64,000 nucleotides of DNA, from positions 25,544,001-25,608,000 of the forward strand of contig CM126224.1 of assembly GCA_052327205.1 (NCBI GenBank), given 5' to 3'. Made by a program: the position numbers and the translations under genes. The stretch comes from Somniosus microcephalus. Lineage: Eukaryota. Shown piece after piece: positions 1 through 12,974 of the stretch. A model generated the notes under the pieces. The model was not told the DNA's origin and did not search any database. It saw only the letters and a list, made by a program, of their open reading frames with translations. How positions within the stretch are numbered: the stretch's first letter is position 1; every line of letters begins with the position of its first letter.

Positions 1-174
1 TTGCTGTCCGAATCCTGGAGCTCCCTAATAGCACTTTCGGAGTACCTTCACCACATGGACTGCAACAGTTCAAGAAGTCGGCTCACCACCTTCTCGAGGG
101 CAAATAGAGTTGGGCAATAAATGCTGGTCTTGCGAGCGATGCCCATATCCCGAGAGAATGAATAATAAAAAAAT
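1..174 (+). mobile_element. 3' end of a non-LTR retrotransposon with A-rich tail (cut by the window start)
   Basis: atcctggagctccctaa...cagttcaagaag...ggcaataaatgctgg...tgcccatatccc plus A-tail. A homologous older copy lies at ~15900-16220. Confidence 0.7.
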
Positions 175-1999
175 GATCAGCCTGATCAACTTAATCCTTC
201 GTGCTTTTCTTGGCAGCTTTCCCCAATACGACTAACATTTGATCAATGTGATACTAGCACTGTTAAAATACTGTAATAATTTTAATAAATTAAAAGTAGA
301 CCAATTACCTGCAGTGCTTGCAAGAATAATTTTCTCTGTTGTGGAAATGTTGAAATAGAGCACATTGTTCAGCTGTACAAGATTATTTCAGATTCTGCAG
401 GTTACTCTGCTTTTAAATACTTCATCTCAGAGGAACTCGCTCTGGCATCTATTACAGGAGTGAAAATTGTTTTAGCTTTCTTTGTAACTCTAGTTTCTTT
501 TGCTTGTACTATTTAGTGTTCCTAGAATTTCAGCACAGCTTAATGAGCGTATGCTCACATGAACTGTGAAAAACATTCAGGGATACCATTCTACATTTTG
601 TCCTTTCAAAGTTAGGTTGTGTCTCGAGAATTTTGAGCTGTGTCACACGAGGGTGAAGGTACTGGTGGTTATAGGTCTGGTGCAAATGATGGAAGCAATT
701 TAAAGTGATGAATTAAGGGTGTCACGAGAGAAGTGTATTGCTCAGGATTAAAGCATTGGTTTAAGTGCTATTTTTCCTGTAATGTGATGCCTGGTGGTTC
801 ATTTTGCTGACCGGTATACCATTGAAATCTAATCTAGTAAGTGGAAGGTGTACATAACTTGTGCCGTAATCCATGTTGTGTAGTTTTCATTCCAGAGATA
901 TACATATGTATCTGCCTCGGCCTCCAGCGGCTTTTTGATGAAATGCTTTGGTGATGCACACGGTTTAGTTGTGCTGAAAAGTGTAATGAGGCAATTATTG
1001 TTCTGTTCATAAAGTCAAATGATGGCAGTAAATATTTTTTTTTTTTTTTGCAGTAGGTTTCATTTGTGGGCCTCAGAGTGTATTCATAAATAACCCAGAG
1101 TGGAAGTGTGAGAAGAGCATTTGAAAGATAGTCACAACCAAATATGTTTGACAAACAGGAATTGTCGAAGGTTGCTATTTTCCATTAAGAAGCAGGGTAG
1201 GGATTTGACAGCTTGCTTTTTGACAGGCAGCCTGTGGAAGAGGAATTATGCTAGTTCATGTAGGTTAACTTGTGAGTTTATGATGAAACAGTGAAAGGAA
1301 AATGGGGGAGGGGGTATCATTCCATGAGTGCTAATTGCTTTAGTGTTAATTTTTGTAAGTGTTGATAGAACCAGCTCTTTTAGATTTGTTTTAGAACATA
1401 TGGGAACTATTCCACATTACACAGCCCATGGTGAAAATTAAGATAAATGTAGTAGCAATTAACATTTACTAGTTGATAGGTTTTAGTAGCATTTTGGAAT
1501 AGTGGTGTGCTAACAAAATCTTGTTTGCGTTCAACTTTAGTTTGGCTAAGAATTTTGTGTGTGTGTTTATCGCAGTTAATAAAATGCTATCTGGATGTTG
1601 GTTGTATTTTCAGTATCTATAGTGCTTTATGATGGCTGTATGTTGTCTGTCTGAGGATCTTAAATGATTCTATTTGGTGATGTACAACCTGCAGCTTTAT
1701 GTACATCTGTAACAAGCAATCTGTCCCTTTTTAACTAAGATGAGACTCCAATATATTGACTGCTTTCCTGAAATCCATTCCTGTACACACCCAGTTGGAA
1801 TCTCGCGTTCCTCCACTGTGTCTAATAGAACTGTAAAAATCTTTTGAAAGGGATTGAAAAAGTAGAGAGTAAAAGATTATTTCCACTGATTGATGAATCA
1901 ATAACAAAGGAGGCATAAATTTAGGATTTGCACCAGAAGCATAAAGGGAGAGGTTGGAAGAAAAAGAATTCATGCAAAAGTTTATTTGAAAATTGAATC

Positions 2000-2170
2000 T
2001 ATTTGGTTATTGATGCAAGTCAATTATGGCATTTAAGAGGGAATTAGGAACACTTGAAGAAAAGTATTGAAGGGCAGGGAAAAAGAGCTGGAAAATGTGA
2101 TCACATCGCACTGATGTGGAGCTAGCATTGACACAGTCACAATGGGCCAGTGGGAAATTTGTGTACATGT
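2000..2170 (+). mobile_element. Decayed CR1 3' tail
   Basis: ggcatttaagagggaattag...acttgaag...aatgggccagtgg resembles the other CR1 tails. Confidence 0.55.
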
Positions 2171-3469
2171 ATAATGTGATATTACCTGTCTCTTTCTTTA
2201 TCTTGTTAGCCAGCCACTCTTTCCTTGGTGGCCTATTCCCCATGATTAGCATGTTGAGGCACTTTTTCTCTTAGACTAGGTCTTAATAGGGCACCTTGCA
2301 TCATCTCCCATTTTTGTATTTAAATGCGTTGCTAGTTTCCTGATGGCTTGTAGGAGGCCAATCTGGGTACATGGAAACTAGTTCTTCTGCCTAATACAGA
2401 CTGTCCTACCACCAGGATGTAATTTCTCATTGTGATGCATACAGCCTGAAAATTAATGCTGAACCAGTTCTGTGGAACTGTGTGCCTGCATTATGTTAGA
2501 AGTGCAGAACTGGCTTAGTGCATTTAGCAGTTCGGTGAAGGTGGTTATTCTGACAAAAGGCTACAAGATCCACTGAAAAGTAGACCTGTGCTGCAGAGAG
2601 GCCAGGTCACTTGCGTTTAAGAGAGCTGTTAACGTTGCAGAGAACCACGCATCAGCAGTCAACAATACTCCAACATAAAACACCTTTCATTAAACAATTC
2701 TGGGGAGGGGAGCTTTCTCAGCGGCAAATGAAGCCAATTTGAGACTACTTGATGCTAAGAACAGTAGAATTGGTCAGCCTTCCATGTGTGTGTTTTTTAA
2801 ACTTTAATTAGGGTTTTGCCATTGGAAAGGGGTATGGAACAAGGGTACATGCAAGCATACTTGGCCAAAAAAATGAGCAACAGAATTCTATGCTATTGTA
2901 TACCTGCAAGTACTTTGTACAAAAGTTTTTATTTTCTTTTGGACCTCTACGTACAGTTTGTTTTGCATGTTGGATTTTCATCAAACTTGATGAGTGACTT
3001 TTTCATATTAATGAGTTGCAAACTTAATTGCAGATGTTGGAAGTCATGTCAAATGTTTACAGGTGTGAAACCAGTTCGACCATTACTTGTAATTTAAAAA
3101 TAAATGTAAATATCTGGCTTCAGACACTGGACAAGTTTAATAAAAATGGAATAAACAGCACATTTATAAACTGCACTGTGATCCACAGTTCTCTTCCTGG
3201 GATGGTAATAACTAAGTCAAAGATTTCTCAGCGTCTTTCTGGCCATCCACACAAGTTAATTGGTTTCCATGGCTTTAAACTTTACTGAATCGAGGAGCGC
3301 AAGGGTTTTTCTCTCCACAGCCTCCCAAACATTACTGACCAAATGTAAGCTTTGGAGAACATAAAGTGCTAATGTTGATTAGTAGCGCCAAGCTTTGTTG
3401 CTAATTCTCACTCTTCCTCCAGCTTCCCAGCCAACTTCATTTATTTTTCCCATCAGAGGTCATAAAGGA

Positions 3470-3896
3470 AAGTACTTTTATTTCTATAGCATATTTCATT
3501 ACCGTGGGACATCCCAAAGCATTTTACAGCCATTTAAGTACTTTTTTTAGTGTAGTTACTGTTGTAATAGGGAAACATGGCAGCTTGGCAGCTAATTTGC
3601 ACAAAGCAAGGTCCCACAAACAGCAATGAGATCATCATCTGCTTTAGTGATGTTGGTTGAGGGATAAATATTGGCCACAACACTGGGAGAACTCCTCTGA
3701 ACATCTTCAAATAGTGCCATGGGATCTTTTTTTTTTTACGTCCAACTGAGGGGACATTTAACATCTTATCTGAAAGATGGCACCTCCGACAGTGCAGCAT
3801 TCCCCCAGTACTGTACGGATTATCTGCTCAAGTCTCTGGAACGCGACTTAAACCCACAACCTTCTTAGTCAGGTGCGAGTGCTACCACTGAGCCAA
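3470..3896 (-). mobile_element. tRNA-derived Deu-domain SINE (SacSINE1-like) with L2-type tail
   Basis: Minus-strand head tggctcagtggtagcactcgc and Deu core aaagatcccatggcactatttgaag...ggccaatatttatccctcaacc. Confidence 0.8.
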
Positions 3897-5134
3897 GACT
3901 AACCCCTATGATATCAACTGCCAAGCTAAGGAGCTGAATATGTATAAGTGAATAGAATTTGTAATCTTTACAGAGAAGAGGTGGGTGGGAAACATCATCT
4001 TCAATCTTTCATGACAAAATTATTGACTTGATCTTCTCAATGTTGAAAATAACATGCCACTTGTCGTCTGCCTGCCATCCAGTTCTGTGTGATACTGGCT
4101 GACAGGGACAGTTGAAATGGATGAGACGTGCAGCAGCTGGTTTGTCAAGAGTTTTGAGAACCTGAGCATCTACACAATCCAGGCCAGTGGCATTTCTGAA
4201 CTGAAGCTTTCGAGAGGGATGTTTCACTTTCTTGTGCCTGATCTTGATTGATTGGGCTGTTGGACTTTGCTTTGGTTTCAGATGACATTTCCGGCCAATC
4301 TCTTTCTGGTTTTCTATTGGGACTATTGCAATTATTTATTCTGACTGGCGGATCTCCCATACGTTGACAAAGGGTTAGATGATCGGGCAGAAATTTGACA
4401 CATAGCAACACACGTTAAATTAAGCAGATAGTGGTGAAGTGTTTCTTGATTTGTTCGCAAACCAATCAGAAAAGCGTGACCGTGGTTTTGTGCGGCAAAT
4501 GTATTTAAAGTGTGGCACCTGCTATAAACCAGACTTTTAAAACCATACTAGACGATCTCCTGGTTGTAATGTTTAATTGTTTCGCTGACCTGTCCCTTTT
4601 AAGGCCACCGTGCAAGTACTTCCTATGAGGAATTAGTCCAAAATGGCTCTGAGATCAATGAGAAGCTAATATTGTTGGAAGTTTCTGCTGTTTATGTCAA
4701 CAACCTGTCCAAGTTATCATCAAGATAGGAAAACACAGCAGTAAATAACTTTTATTTTCATATACTTGTTTAAGATAGTTCACTTGTGATTTATTGGTAT
4801 TTTATAAAGTGTGGCTTCTTGGTGTTTTATGAGCTACCACCTTTTCAGCCAGTCCCATTTCCTCAGTTAGTAAAAGTTCAGTCATATAGATGAGGACTCG
4901 TTTCAAAACTGGAAAAATAGATAACCTGAAAAATGGCACAAGCCAACATTAGGATAGATGCTGTAATAATTTAGTGAATGCATTATGTTCACCAAAGTAT
5001 TCTATGCTTTAACGATTCTTTGGATAAGTGTCATTTTAAAACATTTGAATAAGCATTTACCCAAGAGAATATCGAAGGCAAGACCTCATAACTGGACATT
5101 TGTGTGTCTCTTTCTTTCTCACTTTGCCTTTGAT

Positions 5135-5260
5135 ACAGGGATAGGGTGGGATATGTGTTGGTGTAGGGGTTACGGGGATCGGGTGGGATATGTGTCGGTG
5201 CAGGCTCGATGGGCCGAAATGGCCTCTATCTGCACTGTGGGGTTTCTGTGGTTCTGTGGA
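5135..5260 (+). mobile_element. HE1-like SINE 3' fragment (CR1-type tail)
   Basis: ggggttacggggatcgggtggg...gtcggtgcaggctcgatgggccgaaatggcct...ctgcactgt. Confidence 0.65.
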
Positions 5261-5552
5261 TATAAAAGTGACCTTTTCCCCTTTAAACCAAATATTTCAT
5301 TGTTGTACTGTTTGAATTAATATAGATTAAGAAATCCCCACCCCACCCTTGTTTGCAAACATCTAGTGTTTGCTTGAATGGCAATTAGAAACTTGGTGTG
5401 TGAAGAACTGTGGATGCACTCTTGTGTCCTGTTCTGTTGGGCTACTGACCTGTTTTGCTCATAAACACTGTGCAATGCCACTTTGTCAGTAATGTGTCAC
5501 ACCAGCAGAAATGAGATTTTTCTCACCCGTACTTTCACAATTTTTTTATAAT

Positions 5553-5839
5553 GGCCTGGATATTCCGATCCCTACGGGTGGGTACGCGCTGTCCTGGAGA
5601 AGGGCCTCTGCGGGCGGATAGTTCTCCGCCCGCAGAAAACCCTTACAATTCTTATGCCTGGTAAAAGCCAGCGTAAGGCCTGTTTTTACCAGGATAAGAG
5701 TTGAAAAAAGTAATTAATTTTTTTTTCACTGATTTATCATTTAAAAATAATTTTTAAAAAGTGTTTATTTTTAGCCCCATAAAAAAAACGATTAAATTTT
5801 TGTTTAAAATTTATTGTAATTTCAAGTCATTTTAAAAAT

Positions 5840-5877
<38 letters not shown>

Positions 5878-6170
5878 TTTAAAGTTTTGCTGTTTTTTTG
5901 CATTGATCTCCATTCATATGTTTGACAGATCTTCCTGTCAAATGTATGAAGGGAGATTCCCTTCTGTGATCGGCTCCCCATGGCCCACGTGATCCCAAGG
6001 ATGCTGCAAACTACCTGCGCCTCTGGGATACGTGGGCCCTGCACACTTCAAGTTTGGTGAGGCCCAGAAACGGAAGTGTGTGCGCCCTGGGAGCCTTCAA
6101 GTAAGGGCGCAGATTTTTCCAGATCGCAGCCCTCCGCCTGCGGGGGGCCTGCGATCGGAAAATACGGGCC
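5553..6170. mobile_element. Harbinger-type MITE
   Basis: Imperfect TIRs GGCCTGGATATTCCGATC / GATCGGAAAATACGGGCC, flanks AAT/AAA. GC-rich ends and an AT-rich core with a poly-A run. Confidence 0.72.
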
Positions 6171-8082
6171 AAATTATAGTCACAGGTTCCTTTTACCCTC
6201 TTGTATGTATCACATATGGACTCCCAATTTAATACTGGATTCAGATATGCCTTTGTGTGAATGCCTACATGCTAGTCCACAGACAACACAGGATAGTATT
6301 CCTCTCTAACTTTCTACTGATGTCAGTATTCTATGGTGGTGTGTGGTGTTGCACAGCAAGTGTACTTTTTAGGTTGACCTATAATTTAAAACTCTCATGC
6401 TACCTATTTATGATCTTAACTGGTTAATAAATTAATAATGAATTATCAGAGCAATCTAACAGTTGAAGTGGCTGGAGAGTGTAATTCTGAATTGGAAATC
6501 TCCGTGCCACCAACATTGAATTGTTGTGAATTATCGGCTGGTGGTGCAAATCTGCTAAGTAATAGTTAATTGGCAATAGTAGGTACACTAGTTTAAGCCC
6601 TGGAATCAGAAAGGAGCTGAATGAATGAATTATTTGGTTCCCTCAGTGGAGATATTATATTAATGCTACACTTAACAAGAAATGTGAAAGCTTTAATTTT
6701 GAAGAGAATTTTTTTAAATGTTAGAATTGATCGGTGGAGGAATCTACGGATGTATTTTGAGGATACTGAAAAATGATTTTGTAACCATCTGTCAAAACCC
6801 TTAACTCCACTTTATAAATAGGTCGGTGCTGCAGGGAGTATTTCCTGGCAGGTGGAGGCAAGCTATAATGATGCCTCCTTTTTATGAGTTCTGGTGACAA
6901 ATCATATACAGACAATCCTAGACCTATTTCAGTCAACCTTGTGGTCAGAAAGATTCTGGGACAGGTGGCATCTGAACAATTTGATAAGCGTGGAACAGCA
7001 ATCAGAGTTCTGTAAATGTCACTGTAATGGAAAAGCTCATGGAACATAGTACTTTGTAAATACAGTTAACCTTATGATCGACATTTCTGTGTGTGTGGAA
7101 GAAGGGCATGCTTAACTTTACATTTTTTTTTGTAAAATGCCATTTGCCAGTCGAACTTGATCTTGACCAACCTCTGCAATCTTTAGTCTTCCACATTAAG
7201 TAATTGATTTAAAACCTACCTTTTATTGCACACCTCCATAGGTTAAGCTTTTTTAACATCTTTATCAATTTACTTCTTTGCCTCTCAGAGCAATACTTGA
7301 TTTTAATATTCTTTGATCCACCATCTGTATACAAAAGGGCTCTCGTTCATTCGAGTGCACGCAGATGGATGACACGGTCGTTGTGTTGCAAGCTGGTCCT
7401 GACAATTTGTCTGTATCTGCTTGGTTGTTTTTAGCCCCATTTTACACCTGTGGCTGTTCAGGTTTACTCTGCTTCAGGTACGCAATTGATTTAACTTCAG
7501 GTTCCCTGTTTAACGTACAATTGAAAGTGTAACAGTACTGACAGAAACCCATGATCTCATTACAGAATCACAGTTTGCACCATGATTTATACATCCTGGT
7601 CCATTTAAACTGTGCTTGTTCATTAGGGGTGGCTTTACAGTAAATGAGGTTGCTCATTAACCTGGAAGGTCTAAACTGTTTTTCACGAGAAATCTGCAGC
7701 AAATCCGTTTGGAAACCCAAGCTTGTTTTATGTGTATTTTGAAATTTGACTTCTCAATCTGAAGCTTTTGACTTGCTGTGTTGATGTGTAATGCAATGGG
7801 AAAAATGGGAAAATTAATGTATTTCATTTGGTGCCTATAATAATGTCAATGACAATTAGTTGGACTGACAGAGCAAACAGATTGTTGTCATTCCCCTCCC
7901 CGCCCCCCACCAGATTTTACTATGAAATATTATTTCTAATTCCCATGAAACTATCCAGTGTAACATCTTCAATTTTGATTGTAATATTTACCCTTTAAGA
8001 AAACCCCCACCTTAATTTACATTTTTCTCAATTATTATAAAGCTTTAGGTAGCTGGAGGGTGGTGGGGGCAGGGGAGATTGT

Positions 8083-8097
8083 GGGGGGGGGGGGTGG

Positions 8098-8128
<31 letters not shown>
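8083..8128. repeat. Poly-G run and (GA)n microsatellite
   Basis: Directly visible. Confidence 0.9.
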
Positions 8129-8540
8129 GTTTATGACAAAATTGTGTCTCTTTTCTCCAACCCCCCCACCCCGACCCTCCACTCCCTGAACCCTGTGGAG
8201 ACCTTCAAGTTATTGGTCTCCATTTCATTGTTTACTCCCTTTTTCATGAATTCTACAGACTTCATCCTAACCTAATGCCTTTGTCGTTATTTTATTTTTA
8301 AAAAGTGCTACCTCTGACTGTTCTGTTTTAACTTCCAGTTGTAAACTCATGATTTTAAAAAGAAATGCTAATTGCAAGGTAGCATGCTTTGACTGTAGAC
8401 CCCTATAGAGGTGATGACTTGTCATTCCAGTGCGTCCATCTGGGAGAACTAAGGGCACTGACTTGTTAATCTTGCCAATACCACCACCAGAAATTGAAGC
8501 TCTTCAGTTTGAGGTAATTGACAGACATAGTAAAACCACT

Positions 8541-8747
8541 AAAAACAAACTACTGTAGATGCTGGAAATCTGAAATAAAAGCAGAAAATGCTGAAGACAC
8601 TCGGCAGGTCAGGCCACATCTGTGGAGAGAAAAAAGTGGGGTTAACGTTTCATCGACTTGAAACATTTAACCTGATCATCATCATCATCATCTCCACAGA
8701 TGTTGCCTGACCTGCTGTGTGTTTATAGCATTTTGTGTTTTTATTCC
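8541..8747. mobile_element. Fold-back (inverted dimer) of the Penelope-like terminal repeat, 12-bp TSD
   Basis: Inverted arms gcaggtcaggccacatctgtggaga / tctccacagatgttgcctgacctgc. Direct repeat AGTAAAACCACT at 8529-8540 and 8748-8759. Confidence 0.8.
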
Positions 8748-9826
8748 AGTAAAACCACTTTTATTTTACACAAGGAAGCGATGCTCTGTAAATTGAGGAG
8801 AGAATGCCGTGTGCTGTGCTCTGGGTTGAGTGCGGATGCACAGCAGTAATATGGAAAGGAAAAATGCAAACTCGACCAATGACACTGTAACCAAGCTTTT
8901 TCTGAAATATTTTCACTCTTTTTAATTAGTATGGTGGGATCAGCTAATTTTGTTACTAACTCATTTAACAAGGAAAAATAAAAATTACAAAAATGGTGTT
9001 TAAAAAAAAATGAATGAGTTTTTACTGAATAAAAATTTGTAATAACATTGAATTTTTATAAGTTCTATATATTTGTTGGGAAATGCAGCAGTCATTTTTT
9101 GTGGATTGGTCAGTTATGTGAAATGGCTTAAATTAAAAAATGGAGCAGCCTACTTATTTAAATGATGTTTGCATGTTTCGTATTTCCTTGTTGATGGTAG
9201 CAGATATTGTTTTATGACTCCAGTAAGTTTTGTTTAAATCTGGAATGTACAAGCATTTTCCCTTCACGTGCCGCGTGTGAGCAGTACGGAACCTTACAGG
9301 CCACATAAAGTTTAAATCTATGTTTCCATTAATTTGCGTAGATCTCAAACTGCAAATCCTGATGGGGTTCTGATTTCAAGCTTGTACACCAATAAGGTAA
9401 CAACACTGAGAACAGCCTGTTCCAAACCTTCAGGCTCTCAAAATTTAAACAGGAGAAACCACAAGCAAGAGATTAAGCGCAATCAGAAATCGAGTTGCCG
9501 GAGGTTCATGGGCCAGATTGCTAGTGTTCAAGGACTAGAAATGGTCCGCAGATTGTAGTTTGGACTCGTAATATAACTACAATTTACAATTAAATAATTT
9601 GAATGGTAGAATTTTTTTTTTGTGGTTTAAAGGATATGTTAAGATGGAGGCATTGTCTCCGGCCACTTGTAGTGCTCTGAACAGTTTTTCACATTTCATT
9701 TATAGTCCTGCAAAGTTTCTGTTTAATAATGCTTAATATGCCATTTTGAATGGTATTTTCGCATATGCTTACTGTCCTGATTGCATTTTGAACTATTTTT
9801 AAATGCCCTTTCTCTCTACATTCTAG

Positions 9827-10330
9827 ATCATAGAATCATAGAATAGTACAGCACAGAAGGAGGCCATTCGGCCCATCGAGTCTGTGCTGGCTTTTTCAAA
9901 GAACAATCCCGTTCGTCTCAAGCCCCTGCTCTTTTCCATATCCCTGCAATATTTTTTCCTTCAAGTATTTATCCAATTCCCTTTTGAAGGTTGCTATTGA
10001 ATCTGTATCCACCGCCCTATCGGGCAGCGCATTCCAAATCCTAACCACTTGCTGCGTAAAGATGTTTTCCCTCATGTCGCCTCTGCTTCTTTTGCAAGTC
10101 ACCTTAAATCTGTGCCCTCTGGTTATTGACTCTTCAGCCATTAAAACAGTTTCTCTTTATTTACTCTATCTAAACCATTCATGATTTTAAACACCTCTAT
10201 CAAATCTCCTCTTAGCCTTCTCTGCTCCAAGGAGAACGACCCCAGCTTCTCCAGTCTATCCATGTAACTGTAATCCCTCATGCCTGGAACCATTCTAGTA
10301 AATCTCTTCTGTACCCTCTCCAAAGCCTTT
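9827..10330 (-). mobile_element. CR1 LINE 3' fragment
   Basis: ERVQKRFTRMVPG...RRLRGDLIEVFKI; (catagaat)n tail. Confidence 0.92.
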
Positions 10331-11384
10331 ATATATGTCGGGAAATGTTGGTGCTTTTTAAAAAATGAGCATTGCTTACTTTTCTAGTTTCATTCTGGTA
10401 AAGTGAGGCAACACTTAGTTATCTCATTGAAAATCCATTCTCGTATAGAGAATAAAGATTCATCTTTGTAGCTTGATTTAACACCAGTGCTTTAGAAAGC
10501 CGGCATGTGTTGTAGCAGATGTTTACATAAGGTACTGTCTTTCCTGACAGCGGTTAAAAAGTATGGTTGCAGTAATCAAATTGTGGTGCAGCAAGTCAGA
10601 TGCAACTGCTAGATCGAATTAAATTAGATACAAGATTTATGAATAGCCGTAGCAGAGATAAAATTTCACTAGCTCGTCTTCATCTGGTATATAATAGCTT
10701 TATGCTGTGGAAGTTACTTGTGCTTTAAACACAAACATCCTAAAGATTTTACACTAAATAATTAGCTCAGTCTTTCATGGCTTGATAGAGTCTGTGTCTA
10801 ATTTATTACTGCTATCATTATCTTCTGTGTTAATGAAATGATTTGACATTTTAAATGCTATGCACATTAGACATTTCATTATATTTTGAAATACAGTATG
10901 TGCTGACAGAGCTTTCAGTGTCTTATAAATTTCTATTAAATAGAAGTACCGTTACTACAATTTTTCAAATCACTACCGAGCTTTTGACTAATAGTTGTGT
11001 TTTGGCTCCATTATAACACTGCTGTATTTTTATGGCTGATCAGTGATGTTTGAGGTTTCCTGCATTGGTTTTAAATTAAACTGTTAGTCTATACGTTAGT
11101 AAAATGGCAATCTTAAACATGCTAAGATTTTGATAACTCATTAATTATAGCTGAAAAAGGCAGCCTTTGGATAGTATTTTTGCTCTTCAAGAAACAATTG
11201 TAAAATTTGATAAAGCAGGGTTAAATGTGCCTTTACCTTGAATAGGAACAGTAGTGTAATTGTCAAGTGACTATTTATTGCTTTTCAAAAAGAAGATACA
11301 GCACAGGAATTTTGTATTATCCATGTTGTGGAGGTGTTTTCAGTACAACAGAAGCGGTGACATAGTGGATACCCATACTTTGTT

Positions 11385-11500
11385 GTAAAGAAAATAACTT
11401 GCATTTATATGGCGCTTAGTCATATCCTTAGGACATCCTAAAACACATCACAGCCGATGAATTCTTATTGATGTGTCTTCGCTATGATTTATGTAGGCAA
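11385..11500 (-). mobile_element. SINE/L2 3' tail fragment
   Basis: aacttgcatttatatggcgc...ggacatcctaaaacacatcacagcc. Confidence 0.6.
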
Positions 11501-11769
11501 ACTATTTCAGGACTGTTTTTAGTCATTGACAATGGCAGTTTTTTTTGGTGGTGGTGCGGGGTTGGGAGGGGGATGGAAATTAAAAGGATTCTTCAGAACT
11601 TGTGCTGTGATACATGCCGCTGCTTTTGTCGTCTCTTGCCTCTCCTCGAAGTGGCTATCATAAGTATCATCGGAATTGTGTTCGCCGTGATGGATTAATG
11701 GGAGAAAGATGGCTGAAACCAAATTGTTGATTATTCTTCTATTAAAAGCTGGATTTATAGGATACTTGA

Positions 11770-11980
11770 TGCAGTGGGCTAGCTCAGTATCCTTTCACTT
11801 CTGTGGCTGGGTTGGAATCCAGCCCAGATTAATGTAAAGGGAATTTCCTAACTCTGTTAGATGAAATGATTTTGGGCTCACTAAGTCCAGTTGCTAATGA
11901 CTGGGCACACAGCAGCGAATTTCCCATAATTTTGCACAAAATGGCAATCTCACTCGGAGGCAATAAGGATGATGGAAATG
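11770..11980 (+). mobile_element. LF-SINE-like ancient SINE
   Basis: tagctcagt...cctttcacttctg...ctgggttggaatccagcccag...tgaaatgatttt...agtccagttgcta resembles the recalled LF-SINE 5' half. Confidence 0.55.
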
Positions 11981-12974
11981 ACATTGAAATGATAGAAGTA
12001 ACAAGGGAACACAGTCCTGGTTATGTTTTTGTTTTGGAGAGGACCAGTTTTCAAAGAATTATTCTACTAATTGAACTACTTCAGGATATGAGAGATGAAT
12101 TGAAAATGTCTAAATTATTTATAAATGTCAGGTAAATTAGTTTGAATTCTAGTCACTTTAGTACAATACTGTAAACTGCACTAGGTGACTGTTTGTTTGT
12201 TTATTTTTGGAAATTTGCAATGTACCACTGCTTACTGTGCAATAGAATCTCAAATTACAAAAATCCCGGGACTAGAGTGTCCATATCTTTAAAAAGTGCA
12301 GATGTTTGAAACTTTAGAATTTTAATTACATTTTTAAAGCAGTTTTCATTATGGACAGTCCAGCTATACCTACATGTTGTAATACAGTGCAATGTACTCC
12401 AGCATATTTACTGTGGAAAGCTAAAATTTAATGTATTGTATTAATGCACACTTTTTTAATATTCCTGTATATTTGGCTGATTTGGTGAGGCTCCACTGTA
12501 TAATTTGCCTCTCCAGACTGATTTTAATAAAACCTTAAAGCAGCAACTGTGAACCTGTGTCATGGTTTCTAGCAATTTTAAGTAACTTGGTTATTAAGTA
12601 GAGAAAACTCAGTGCAGGGCAGTTCAACACACATTATGTTGTTTGTTGCTTCTCCATCATCTCTAACAGAATTGAAGACAACAGTTTAAAATCAATTCAA
12701 AGTAGGTCCATTCTTAGTGCTAAGAGCAGCTGTTATGACTGCAATTTCTATGGATCTGTGTTGGTGTCATCAGTTGTGCTGACCCATGGTCTGTAACTGG
12801 TAGGGATTGGGGCATAGGAAAACAAATGAGTGATTCTGAAGAAATGTGAAACTGAAATAGAATCTGAGAAATAGTTGTGGGAAAAAGAGTGGCGATCTAC
12901 AAAGACAATTCCTTGTAGATTGGCACCCATTCAATTTGGTTAAATAATTCTGTTCAAAAAAAACACACATACAC

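Noticed and set aside
3840-3896. tRNA gene
   Set aside because: A/B-box-like sequence is the degenerate head of a SINE with no complete cloverleaf.
8058-8190. G-quadruplex or G/C fold-back
   Set aside because: Low-complexity G, GA and C runs are common across the window; no specific support.
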